Part shown: positions 1 to 9,608 of the stretch, in pieces
Numbering within the stretch: the first letter of the stretch is position 1
Layout: each line of letters starts with the position of its first letter
From: Escherichia coli
Lineage (GTDB): Bacteria; Pseudomonadota; Gammaproteobacteria; Enterobacterales; Enterobacteriaceae
NCBI RefSeq assembly: GCF_003334785.1
Contig: NZ_QOWV01000012.1
Direction: 5' to 3' (one strand)
Length of the DNA stretch: 64,000 bases
Notes under the pieces: model-generated
Told to the model about the DNA's origin: nothing
Seen by the model: only the letters and a program-made list of their open reading frames with translations
The model's database searches: none
Program-made: the position numbers and the translations under genes

Positions 1-1
1 C

Positions 2-154
2 AGCAAGCGTTACACTCAGCGCATTGAGCGACATAATCTGAATCTGAGACAACATCTGGCAAGGCTGGGACGGAAGTTACTGTCGTTCTCAAAATCGGTG
101 GAGTTGCATGACAAGGTCATCGGGCATTATCTGAACATAAAACACTATCAGTAA
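2..154 (+). CDS. 3' end of an unidentified ORF running off the left window edge (partial)
   Basis: Open frame from the window edge to TAA at 152-154; no family recognised by eye. Confidence 0.2.
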   Translation, partial: SKRYTQRIERHNLNLRQHLARLGRKLLSFSKSVELHDKVIGHYLNIKHYQ

Positions 155-878
155 GTTGGAGTCATTACCTCCTCCCGAACTCAAAGCTATCATACAGATA
201 ATTACTGGTTAACCCTATATAGGGCATTTTAAAGTGTTGTGATCTTACCCAGCAATAGTGGACACGCGGCTAAGTGAGTAAACTCTCAGTCAGAGGTGAT
301 TCACAAGACAAAACAGTTTCAACCAGTAAAAAAACGTAAACACCATTCGCATGAATTTCGTAGTTAAGATCTGAAGCTTGCAGAATGCATCGGTGTTACT
401 GCCGGAGTTCGTGAACTTAGTCTGCATGAATCACCACAGCTTTACATCTGTCGCAGTAAACAGCAAAATCAGCAAACTTACTTAATTATATCGAGTGCGA
501 TTACAATCGCTGGCGATGGTACAGTTGGTGTGGCGGTCTCAGTCCGGAACAATTTGAAAATCAGAATCTCACTTAAAACGGCATCCATTTTACAAAAGAT
601 GGCCGTCTGTGTATTTGTAATGAATACCTTCTACATGTTTAGAGTGCATAATCCACGACAAGGCGATATCCTAAAAATTAGCTAGCAGGCAACTTTGATG
701 GCATAGATAATGTTTTTAGTAAAAAAGAGTTGACTGAATATAATACAGCCTCTTCCTACATAAGAAGGAATGTGCTCACAAAAAAAACCATTAGTCTGCT
801 TCCTGTTCTTACAATAATCAGTATTATGTATTTTATTTATATAGCAAAATATGCTTGTTACACCTGTCATAATTAGGC

Positions 879-1172
879 ATGGTAAAATTATTGACTGAAC
901 CCTGGGGGAGAAAGATGCACAGTGATTATTATAATATGGTTTTTGGTGAAAAATTGGCCAATATTTTATATGAAGCTAACTCTCAATTTTTTTACGAGAG
1001 AAATGTCATAGAAGAGGCAGTCAACGCTTTATTCTGTGAGCGTGAAATAATAAACAACAAGAACATAATAAAGAAGCTGATGTTCTTTTTGTCAGATGTT
1101 AATCACACCAAGAAAGATGTTGTTCAGAGCGCACTTAATATTATCATTGACATTACATCAGGTGATATTTGA
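879..1172 (+). CDS. hypothetical protein (97 aa) in AT-rich DNA
   Basis: ORF in track; strongly AT-rich context typical of horizontally acquired DNA; no recognisable motif. Confidence 0.3.
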   Translation: MVKLLTEPWGRKMHSDYYNMVFGEKLANILYEANSQFFYERNVIEEAVNALFCEREIINNKNIIKKLMFFLSDVNHTKKDVVQSALNIIIDITSGDI

Positions 1173-1505
1173 GATTTTACATAAAAGATAATCTCTCAAG
1201 GAGTCTTATCTGAAAACGAAATATATAGTCCCTCTCGTTTTGTAATATCGATTGGCTTTGTTGAATCGGTTACGTACCCCGGAGCCGGTCATATTTTCAG
1301 GTAATACACACGCTTTCAGACATTTCGGCTTTCGTCATTTTGGTATCATGGGCATAGCTTCTGCTACCTGACCATCATAATCACGCAGCTTCAGTGAAGC
1401 AGTGACCACCTGTTTAACCCGGTGTATCGTTATGATCTTATCCAGCAATTGAACCGCCCCGGGTTTCCTGGAGAGTGTTTTATCTGTGAACTCAGGCTGC
1501 CAGAT

Positions 1506-1612
1506 CATCGTTTCCGATGGAAGCATAATAAGCTTTTTCTGCTTCTGCCGGTGGAATATGGCCCTGCCTTTCCAGCAATCGTCGATTGTTATACCAGTCC
1601 ACCCACGTGAGT
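1506..1612 (-). mobile_element. IS3-family transposase 3'-terminal remnant
   Basis: Minus-strand translation reads ...DELTTLTWVDWYNNRRLLERQGHIPPAEAEKAYYAS, a typical IS3-family OrfB C-terminus; only ~35 codons present, so a decayed fragment. Confidence 0.5.
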
Positions 1613-3195
1613 GTGGTCAGCTCATCATACTGACACGTGCATTACCCCTACCGCGATAATGCAACCGTACAATATAGGGCGTTTCCTAAACGCAGCCCTC
1701 ATCACTCCAATCCAACAAGACACAGCATTTTTGATCACGAAGAAAGACAAATAATTTCCGTAAATGTTTCCGTTGTTACAAATAACAACAGTGTTTTATA
1801 TTTCTTTGGCCTCAGGCCCGCGCATGTTGCCATTCGATGTCATTTTCCTGACTCGTTTCTTCTTTATGGTGTAGTGTGATCTTCACTTTATGGATGCTAA
1901 CAATATGAAAAGAAAAATTATTCCCGTGCTAATCGGTTGTACGCTCTCTTTCTCTGCCCTGGCGGCACAACCTACGGCTGAGCGCTATGTCGTCAGTTTT
2001 CCAGAAGGCACGCACGTGAACTATGCCGGCGCATTTGCCAGTGCATTCCCGAACGGCCTTCCGGTTGGGATAGGTTCTGGCCTGCTGTTCACCGGTAATC
2101 CGTGATCGAATCGAGCGGAATACGCAGCCCCGACAAATACGAGCCCCCTTCAGCAGATACAGGCCGGTAATACCTGAAAATCAGCCTATTACCGCCCACG
2201 CCTCCGGCACCATTCCCTTTTGATTTCGAATTCTTTGTTGTCGCTATACCGCTTAATGTTCCCGGTCCTCCGGTGCAGATAACACCGGAGTCATCGTAGC
2301 GCTGCTTCAATATTCAGGTGACATATTTCCAGACGGAAGCCGGCGCGCGATCGTAAAGTTTGTTCATTGTCAGTTCTGCCAGCCGGTTGTCAACGGCAGA
2401 GTTAAAGGCTTCCAGCTCCGCAAGGGTAAGTTTATAACGCGTGTGGGAATTCACTTTTCCCGCGTCTCCTGACGTATTACGGGCTGCCACTTACCAGGTG
2501 TCCCGCAATACAGCCTTAGTGTTCCGTTATCGGGGATCCGGACGCACCGCAACAACCGGGGAAGTATTTCTGGTTTAGAGCAGTGTCAAGAGGGATTTCT
2601 CAGCCCCTCACTCACCGGCTCAGTCTCAGGGCAGGAGCATTAATACGCTCAGTTCATGTCTTATACAGGAATGGGCACAGGGGGAGCTGGCGTGTCACTG
2701 CTGATTTTACGCATCAGCGTTCATGTATCTGCACTCTGATACATGAACGATTCACAGCGCTCTGTTACCGGAGAGATTTACTCTCTTAGCTTACTCTGGC
2801 AAATCCTTTACGTTACTCTCTGATGACTTCTTATATTTATAATACCAATCAGACAGCCTTATCCCATCGGTGATATCAGTCTCCTCCTCGCCAGGAACGG
2901 GCTGACTCACTGTAACCACCTCCGAAAACAACTCTGCAATTATCAGAACGCTAGTTTTCCCCTTGTCTCACGAAAGTCCTCCCTCCTTTATCGCGCGTGC
3001 GTGCGGAAGCATCTTTTCGCAACAACCACCCGGGATTCCGCTACGGCTCTGCCATCGCAATCCCCCCGTTTATCTCCGGACAGCCACATTCCCGATTATT
3101 TTTTACGTTTCTCCCCGGTTGTTATGCCAGTGAAGGTGGCGCGCTGTTTTCATGACCACACCGGCTGGTTTAACAACATCCGGAGGAACATTCTC

Positions 3196-3393
3196 ATGGC
3201 TACAGCCGCAGCCGGCAGTAACATGACGTTCTCACCGTCACAGAATGGTACGTCACTGGACCTGCAGGCCGGACTGGAAGCCCGTGTCCGGGAAAATATC
3301 ACCCTGGGCGTTCAGGCAGGTTATGTCCACAGCGTCAGCGGCAGCAGCGCTGAAGGCTATAACGGTCAGGCCACGCTGAATGTGACCTTCTGA
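3196..3393 (+). pseudogene. flu: antigen 43 autotransporter, C-terminal beta-barrel fragment only
   Basis: Translation ...GSNMTFSPSQNGTSLDLQAGLEARVRENITLGVQAGYVHSVSGSSAEGYNGQATLNVTF matches the extreme C-terminus of Ag43; upstream sequence in the same frame is unrelated, so the gene is truncated. Confidence 0.6.
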
Positions 3394-3507
3394 CAGAACC
3401 ATCGCCTCTCTGTGGTCCCGGTCATCATGATCGGGACCCGGACCGGCGCAACGGATATTCAACGCCACATTCGCTGGCATTAACAATAACATGATATTCA
3501 TCACGGA

Positions 3508-5049
3508 GTGACTATGTTACAGATAGTCGGCGCGCTGATCCTGCTGATCGCAGGATTTGCCATTCTTCGCCTTTTGTTCAGAGCATTAATCAGCACGGCT
3601 TCTGCGCTGGCAGGGCTCATATTGCTGTGTCTGTTCGGCCCGGCCTTACTGGCTGGCTATATCACCGAACGCATAACCCGGTTGTTCCATATTCGCTGGC
3701 TGGCAGGCGTATTTCTGACGATTGCCGGAATGATCATCAGCTTCATGTGGGGACTTGATGGTAAACATATCGCGCTGGAGGCTCACACCTTTGACTCTGT
3801 GAAATTTATTCTGACCACCGCTCTCGCCGGTGGTCTGCTGGCTGTTCCCCTGCAGATCAAAAACATTCAGCAGAACGGGATCACACCAGAAGATATCAGC
3901 AAGGAAATTAACGGGTATTACTGCTGTTTTTATACTGCCTTTTTCCTTATGGCGTGTTCTGCATGCGCACCATTGATCGCGTTACAGTACGATATTTCAC
4001 CGTCACTGATGTGGTGGGGCGGGTTGTTGTACTGGCTGGCTGCATTAGTGACGCTGCTATGGGCGGCCAGCCAAATCCAGGCGCTGAAAAAACTGACCTG
4101 TGCCATCAGCCAGACACTGGAAGAACAACCGGTGCTCAACAGTAAATCGTGGCTGACCAGTTTGCAAAACGATTACAGCCTTCCTGACTCACTGACGGAG
4201 CGCATCTGGCTGACGCTCATTTCTCAACGGATTTCCCGGGGAGAGCTGAGGGAATTTGAACTGGCAGACGGAAACTGGTTACTGAACAATGCCTGGTATG
4301 AAAGAAACATGGCAGGGTTTAACGAACAGTTGAAAGAGAACCTGTCATTCACACCTGATGAACTGAAAACGCTCTTCCGGAACCGCCTGAATTTATCACC
4401 GGAAGCGAATGACGATTTTCTCGATCGTTGCCTGGACGGCGGTGACTGGTATCCCTTTTCAGAAGGTCGCCGTTTTGTATCATTCCATCACGTGGATGAG
4501 CTTCGTGTCTGTGCCTCCTGCGGGCTGACAGAAGTACATCATGCCCCGGAAAATCATAAGCCGGATCCGGAATGGTACTGCTCCTCTCTTTGTCGCGAAA
4601 CAGAAACACTGTGTCAGGAAATTTATGAACGCCCTTACAACAGCTTTATTTCCGATGCAACGGCGAATGGTCTGATTCTCATGAAACTGCCGGAAACCTG
4701 GAGTACAAATGAGAAAATGTTTGCTTCCGGAGGGCAGGGACATGGGTTTGCCGCTGAACGGGGAAACCATATTGTCGACAGAGTCCGTCTGAAAAACGCA
4801 CGGATCCTCGGTGATAATAATGCCAGAAATGGAGCAGACAGACTGGTCAGCGGAACAGAAATCCAGACGAAATATTGTTCAACTGCAGCCCGTAGCGTCG
4901 GTGCGGCATTCGACGGACAAAACGGACAGTATCGTTACATGGGAAATAATGGCCCCATGCAACTGGAAGTCCCCCGTGATCAGTATGCCGGCGCTGTTGA
5001 AACCATGAGGAATAAGATCCGCGAAGGTAAAGTAACCGCGCTGAAATGA
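3508..5049 (+). CDS. yeeR: CP4-44-type inner membrane protein YeeR homologue (513 aa)
   Basis: Hydrophobic N-terminal half; position after a flu remnant and before yeeS/yeeT/cbeA/cbtA mirrors the CP4-44 gene order. Confidence 0.6.
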   Translation: MTMLQIVGALILLIAGFAILRLLFRALISTASALAGLILLCLFGPALLAGYITERITRLFHIRWLAGVFLTIAGMIISFMWGLDGKHIALEAHTFDSVKFILTTALAGGLLAVPLQIKNIQQNGITPEDISKEINGYYCCFYTAFFLMACSACAPLIALQYDISPSLMWWGGLLYWLAALVTLLWAASQIQALKKLTCAISQTLEEQPVLNSKSWLTSLQNDYSLPDSLTERIWLTLISQRISRGELREFELADGNWLLNNAWYERNMAGFNEQLKENLSFTPDELKTLFRNRLNLSPEANDDFLDRCLDGGDWYPFSEGRRFVSFHHVDELRVCASCGLTEVHHAPENHKPDPEWYCSSLCRETETLCQEIYERPYNSFISDATANGLILMKLPETWSTNEKMFASGGQGHGFAAERGNHIVDRVRLKNARILGDNNARNGADRLVSGTEIQTKYCSTAARSVGAAFDGQNGQYRYMGNNGPMQLEVPRDQYAGAVETMRNKIREGKVTALK

Positions 5050-5219
5050 GTCCGGAAGCTGCCGGCATTGCTGCCTGTCTGATGACGTACAGTCATCATG
5101 CCTGTCGTACGGAGTGTTATGCCATGACGGTCCATTATTACCGGCTGCGGGATTACGCCCTGCAGCATCCGGAATGCAGCGCCATTATGCGCATCATCGA
5201 CTGAATGGAGAGAAGTACA

Positions 5220-5696
5220 ATGCAACAGCTTTCCTTTCTGCCCGGAGAGATGACGCCCGGCGAGCGCAGCCTCATTCAACGGGCCCTGAAAACCCTGGAC
5301 CGCCATCTTCATGAACCCGGCGTGGCCTTCACCTCCACCCGTGCGGCACGAGAATGGCTGATTCTGAACATGGCGGGACTGGAGCGTGAAGAGTTCCGGG
5401 TGCTGTATCTGAACAACCAGAATCAGCTGATTGCCGGTGAAACCCTCTTCACCGGCACCATCAACCGCACGGAAGTCCATCCCCGTGAAGTGATTAAACG
5501 CGCCCTGTATCACAATGCCGCTGCTGTGGTGCTGGCACACAATCACCCGTCCGGTGAAGTCACACCCAGCAAGGCAGACCGCCTTATCACGGAACGTCTG
5601 GTACAGGCACTGGGCCTGGTGGATATCCGGGTGCCGGACCATCTGATAGTCGGTGGCAGCCAGGTTTTCTCCTTTGCCGAACATGGTCTGCTTTAA
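5220..5696 (+). CDS. yeeS: RadC-like JAB-domain protein (YeeS/YfjY/YkfG family)
   Basis: MQQLSFLPGEMTPGERSLIQRAL... with the HNHPSGEVTPS JAB/MPN metal motif; start taken at the internal Met matching family length. Confidence 0.7.
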   Translation: MQQLSFLPGEMTPGERSLIQRALKTLDRHLHEPGVAFTSTRAAREWLILNMAGLEREEFRVLYLNNQNQLIAGETLFTGTINRTEVHPREVIKRALYHNAAAVVLAHNHPSGEVTPSKADRLITERLVQALGLVDIRVPDHLIVGGSQVFSFAEHGLL

Positions 5697-5758
5697 CCCG
5701 TCACAACCACATCACACCTGTTTTCACTTTTATCTTCTGTCTTCAGAGGTATCCCACT

Positions 5759-5980
5759 ATGAAAATCATCACCCGTGGCGAAGCCATGCGTATTCACCGT
5801 CAGCATCCGGCATCCCGTCTTTTTCCGTTCTGTACCGGCAAATACCGCTGGCACGGCAGTGCTGAAGCGTATACCGGTCGTGAAGTGCAGGATATTCCCG
5901 GTGTGCTGGCCGTGTTTGCAGAACGCCGTAAGGACAGTTTTGGTCCGTATGTCCGGCTGATGAGCGTCACCCTGAACTGA
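5759..5980 (+). CDS. yeeT: DUF987 protein YeeT homologue (73 aa)
   Basis: 73-aa ORF MKIITRGEAMRIHRQHPASRLFPFCTGKYRWHG... in the conserved position between radC-like gene and cbeA. Confidence 0.65.
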   Translation: MKIITRGEAMRIHRQHPASRLFPFCTGKYRWHGSAEAYTGREVQDIPGVLAVFAERRKDSFGPYVRLMSVTLN

Positions 5981-6142
5981 TGTTCCGTCACCCGGAAAAC
6001 GAGTACGACTGGCTGAGCTCAGACGCCGCTGTGGATGAGGTCCTGCTCATCAACGAATACACCTTTACCGAAGCCGGTCTGCGCGCCGGCTGACCCGTCA
6101 TCGTTAAACTATCATTCACCGATTTTCTGTGAGGATTTTATC

Positions 6143-6511
6143 GTGTCAGACACACTTTCCGGGACAACGCATCCCGATGACAATGACGACCATCCCTGGT
6201 GGGGACTACCCTGCACAGTGACGCCCTGTTTCGGCGCCCGTCTGGTGCAGGAGGGTAACCGCCTGCATTACCTTGCCGACCGCGCCGGTATCAGAGGCCT
6301 GTTCAGCGATGCAGATGCGTACCACCTGGACCAGGCCTTTCCGCTGCTGATGAAACAACTGGAACTCATGCTCACCAGCGGTGAACTGAATCCCCGCCAT
6401 CAGCATACCGTCACGCTGTATGCAAAAGGTCTGACCTGCAAAGCTGACACTCTCGGTAGCGGTGGTTACGTTTATCTGGCTGTTTATCCGACGCCCGAAA
6501 CGAAAAAGTAA
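6143..6511 (+). CDS. cbeA: type IV antitoxin CbeA (YeeU family)
   Basis: GTG start; [52 protein letters not shown]... matches the YeeU/CbeA family; immediately upstream of cbtA. Confidence 0.75.
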   Translation: MSDTLSGTTHPDDNDDHPWWGLPCTVTPCFGARLVQEGNRLHYLADRAGIRGLFSDADAYHLDQAFPLLMKQLELMLTSGELNPRHQHTVTLYAKGLTCKADTLGSGGYVYLAVYPTPETKK

Positions 6512-6600
6512 ACCACCGGAATAACCTTCTGCTCCGGCCTGGTGCTTTCACCACGCCACTTTTCCATTTTTCATCTCTGCATATCAGGAAAACCTTCAGT

Positions 6601-6975
6601 ATGAAAACATTACCCGATACACACGTACGGGAGGCATCGAGCTGCCCGTCTCCCGTCACCATCTGGCAGACTCTGCTCTCCCGACTACTGGGCCAGCATT
6701 ACGGCCTTACACTGAATGACACACCGTTCGCCGATGAACGTGTGATTGAGCAGCATATTGAAGCTGGCATTTCACTGTGTGATGCGGTGAATTTTCTCGT
6801 GGAAAAATACGCGCTGGTGCGTACCGACCAGCCGGGATTCAGCACTTGTCCCCGCTCTCAGTTAATAAACAGTATTGATATCCTCCGGGCTCGCAGGGCG
6901 ACCGGCCTGATGACCCGCGACAATTACAGAACGGTAAATAACATTACCCTGGGTAAGCATCCGGAGAAACGATGA
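6601..6975 (+). CDS. cbtA: toxin CbtA (YeeV family, cytoskeleton-inhibiting)
   Basis: 124-aa [79 protein letters not shown]...; conserved antitoxin-toxin order. Confidence 0.75.
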   Translation: MKTLPDTHVREASSCPSPVTIWQTLLSRLLGQHYGLTLNDTPFADERVIEQHIEAGISLCDAVNFLVEKYALVRTDQPGFSTCPRSQLINSIDILRARRATGLMTRDNYRTVNNITLGKHPEKR

Positions 6976-7460
6976 AACTTTCCCTGATGCTGGAAGCCGA
7001 CAGAATTAATGTGCAGGCACTGAACATGGGGCGAATTGTCGTTGACGTCGATGGTGTTAATCTCACTGAACTGATTAACAAGGTCGCTGAAAACGGTTAT
7101 TCACTCCGCGTGGTGGAGGAATCCGACCAACAGTCAACCTGCACACTACCACCGTTTGCAACCCTTGCCGGCATACGCTGCAGTACCGCACATATCACGG
7201 AAAAGGATAACGCCTGGCTGTACTCGCTGTCGCATCAGACCAGTGACGTTGGTGAATCAGAATGGATTCATTTCACAGGTAGCGGATATCTGTTACGTAC
7301 CGATGCGTGGTCATATCCGGTTCTGCGGCTTAAACGCCTGGGGCTGTCAAAAACGTTCCGTCGTCTGGTTATCACACTTACCCGACGTTATGGCGTCAGT
7401 CTCATTCATCTGGATGCCAGCGCTGAATGCCTGCCGGGTTTACCCACTTTCAACTGGTAA
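6972..7460 (+). CDS. yeeW: CP4-like prophage protein (YeeW-like), function unknown
   Basis: ATGA start/stop overlap with cbtA as in the CP4-44 cbtA-yeeW arrangement; 162 aa. Confidence 0.5.
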   Translation: MKLSLMLEADRINVQALNMGRIVVDVDGVNLTELINKVAENGYSLRVVEESDQQSTCTLPPFATLAGIRCSTAHITEKDNAWLYSLSHQTSDVGESEWIHFTGSGYLLRTDAWSYPVLRLKRLGLSKTFRRLVITLTRRYGVSLIHLDASAECLPGLPTFNW

Positions 7461-7471
7461 CCAGGAACAAC

Positions 7472-7669
7472 ATGAAATCATTAACCACGGAAACCGCACT
7501 GGATATTCTGATTGCGTGGCTGCAGGACAATATCGACTGCGAATCGGGAATTATCTTTGACAACAATGAGGATAAAACGGATTCAGCAGCACTGTTGCCC
7601 TGTATCGAACAGGCCAGAGAGGATATCCGTACCCTGCGCCAACTGCAGCTTCAGCACCAGAACCGGTGA
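7472..7669 (+). CDS. small hypothetical prophage protein (65 aa)
   Basis: ORF following yeeW-like gene; internal Met chosen; no motif recognised. Confidence 0.3.
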   Translation: MKSLTTETALDILIAWLQDNIDCESGIIFDNNEDKTDSAALLPCIEQAREDIRTLRQLQLQHQNR

Positions 7670-8386
7670 GTCTTACTCACCAGACTTCATTCCACTGACG
7701 CCAGCCTGAACAGGGCTGGCATTTTCATTTATCTGCAAAAAGGAATATCGATTATGTCTGATATCACAGCCTACCGTCCGGAAGTGGTCAACGAGAATAC
7801 GGACGTTATCTGCTCAACCAGCATCCGCCGCATTCTGGCTGTACGAAAGAGTTCACTGCTGCAAATCGACACAATTATCCGGCATCAAGTGAGCGATATC
7901 AGTTAACAGATATAGATGGAGAAGATGCTTTTATCCGGATTGGTTCTATCGCGATGGTGCGAGTACTACTTGATGCAATGAAGCCTGTCGAGGAAGATGA
8001 CGAGTAACAGAGCTCGGTATCTCAATCAGGAGCTGATTGTCCTGGTTCGATGCCGAAAACCAGTGATTTTTCGTGTTGGTATCTGTGTTGGTATAAGATG
8101 ATATTGTTTATTATTAACAATTTTAAATCATGAGGTTAAGTCACATGTTTGAGTCCGGCCTTCGCACCTTCGCACCTTCGCACCATCGGAACATCAATAG
8201 ACATCAACGGACGTTTTTTTATGACTGAAATCCGCGCCACACAAGGCTTTTCGCTATTTTTCGCTCAACCTAAGTCAACCTACATCAACTTACTGATGTG
8301 GATACAGCTACAGCTGCGGCTATACCCCGATTCGATAATGTTTGTACCCACACAAAACCCTTGAAAGGCTACAAGGCTGAAATTGT

Positions 8387-8605
8387 CTAAACCATAGAGA
8401 TGATTTTTATGATCCAGTCTTTCTCTTGTTGAGATAGTTCCAGTTTGCTCACTCGTGTTAAGAAGGTATTGATCACCTGAACATCCGAATTGGTGAGCCT
8501 ATTTAATAGAGCGGGTGGTATACCTTTACTAACAATCGCTTTGCGGTGACTTTCGTAGTTTTTATTACTCATTGTTGATCCTAAAAAATCATTGTATGGC
8601 GGCAT
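8387..8605 (-). CDS. hypothetical protein (72 aa); possibly C-terminal part of a frameshifted gene
   Basis: ORF in track directly downstream of the 8629..8871 ORF on the same strand, different frame. Confidence 0.3.
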   Translation of the reverse strand: MPPYNDFLGSTMSNKNYESHRKAIVSKGIPPALLNRLTNSDVQVINTFLTRVSKLELSQQEKDWIIKIISMV

Positions 8606-8628
8606 TGATCGTTTCCAGCAACCTTTAC

Positions 8629-8871
8629 TTACTCACTTCGAACTGCATCCTCGTAGACTGTTCCACTACAATAATCGAAAAGGCGCGGATGTCCATTCAG
8701 GTATCCCGCTAATACGTATAGCAATAACAATGGCTTATGCGGCGCGCGCTGTTCACCCTTGTGCCAGATTTTTATATTGGCAATTGCCTGCTGTAGCGAT
8801 TTACTGGAAGCTATTGATATCCCTAGCAGTGAAATAATTGCGATCATGCTCGCAAATTTTCTGCTGTTCAA
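8629..8871 (-). CDS. hypothetical protein (80 aa) with RAPHKPLLLLYVLAGYLNGHPRLFDY motif; possibly N-terminal part of a frameshifted gene
   Basis: ORF in track, divergent from the HNH gene; followed 24 bp downstream by a second ORF in another frame. Confidence 0.3.
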   Translation of the reverse strand: MNSRKFASMIAIISLLGISIASSKSLQQAIANIKIWHKGEQRAPHKPLLLLYVLAGYLNGHPRLFDYCSGTVYEDAVRSE

Positions 8872-8950
8872 GCCTGCAAGTGAAGATATATTACCTTGAT
8901 CTCATTTGTTTTTTTGCTGCCTGTTCTGAGAACGTATAAGGACATTCTCC

Positions 8951-9601
8951 ATGAATAAACTCCCTGATCATCTTCCGCGGCGGTATATCATCGAAGCTAT
9001 CCATTTATGGGATGCGGGAGAAACTCATCAGTTCCAGCCTGCGCGGTTGTATGAGATTGAATATCATGGCCGACGTTACCCCTCGAAGGCGATTGCTGGC
9101 ATCGCAGCGACATTGATGACGGGGACGCAATTTACCCCTGCGGATTTCACCGGCGGAATAAAATCTAAATGTGTCAAGCTACTCATAGAGCAGGGATTTC
9201 ATATTCATCTGGATAAAGCCGCTGCGGCTCCCATAGCCGACGTTCTGTTCCCGGATGAGTTGCCGTCGCAGGAGACATACCTTGAAGGTGCGGCGATAAA
9301 GGTGACAGTAAACCGCTATGAACGCGATAAAAAGGCCCGAGATAAAGCGGTCGAACATCATGGATGCCAGTGCAACGTATGCGGTGTTGATCTGGTGAAG
9401 ATCTATGGTGATATCGCTGAAGGCTTTATCCATGTGCATCACCTGGTGCCGCTGTCAGCCATTAAAGAGGATTACCAGCTGGATCCAGTTAATGATTTGC
9501 TGCCTGTGTACCCTAATTGCCATGCGATGTTGCACCGACGCAAACCACCGTTTACGCCGGAGCAGTTAAAAGCGCTGATGGATGCGAATAAATCAAATTA
9601 A
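8951..9601 (+). CDS. HNH endonuclease with an extra N-terminal domain (type IV restriction-like)
   Basis: C-terminal HHGCQCNVCG...FIHVHHLVPLS...NDLLPVYPNCHAMLHRR is a canonical HNH (C-x2-C, HH, N, C-x2-H) motif; about 120 aa of unrelated N-terminal sequence; AAGGA Shine-Dalgarno upstream of ATG. Confidence 0.7.
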   Translation: MNKLPDHLPRRYIIEAIHLWDAGETHQFQPARLYEIEYHGRRYPSKAIAGIAATLMTGTQFTPADFTGGIKSKCVKLLIEQGFHIHLDKAAAAPIADVLFPDELPSQETYLEGAAIKVTVNRYERDKKARDKAVEHHGCQCNVCGVDLVKIYGDIAEGFIHVHHLVPLSAIKEDYQLDPVNDLLPVYPNCHAMLHRRKPPFTPEQLKALMDANKSN

Positions 9602-9608
9602 TGAACGC

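Noticed and set aside
4980-5684. 234-aa minus-strand ORF overlapping the 3' end of yeeR and all of yeeS
   Set aside because: Overlaps two genes with recognisable family sequences; the translation has no recognisable features.
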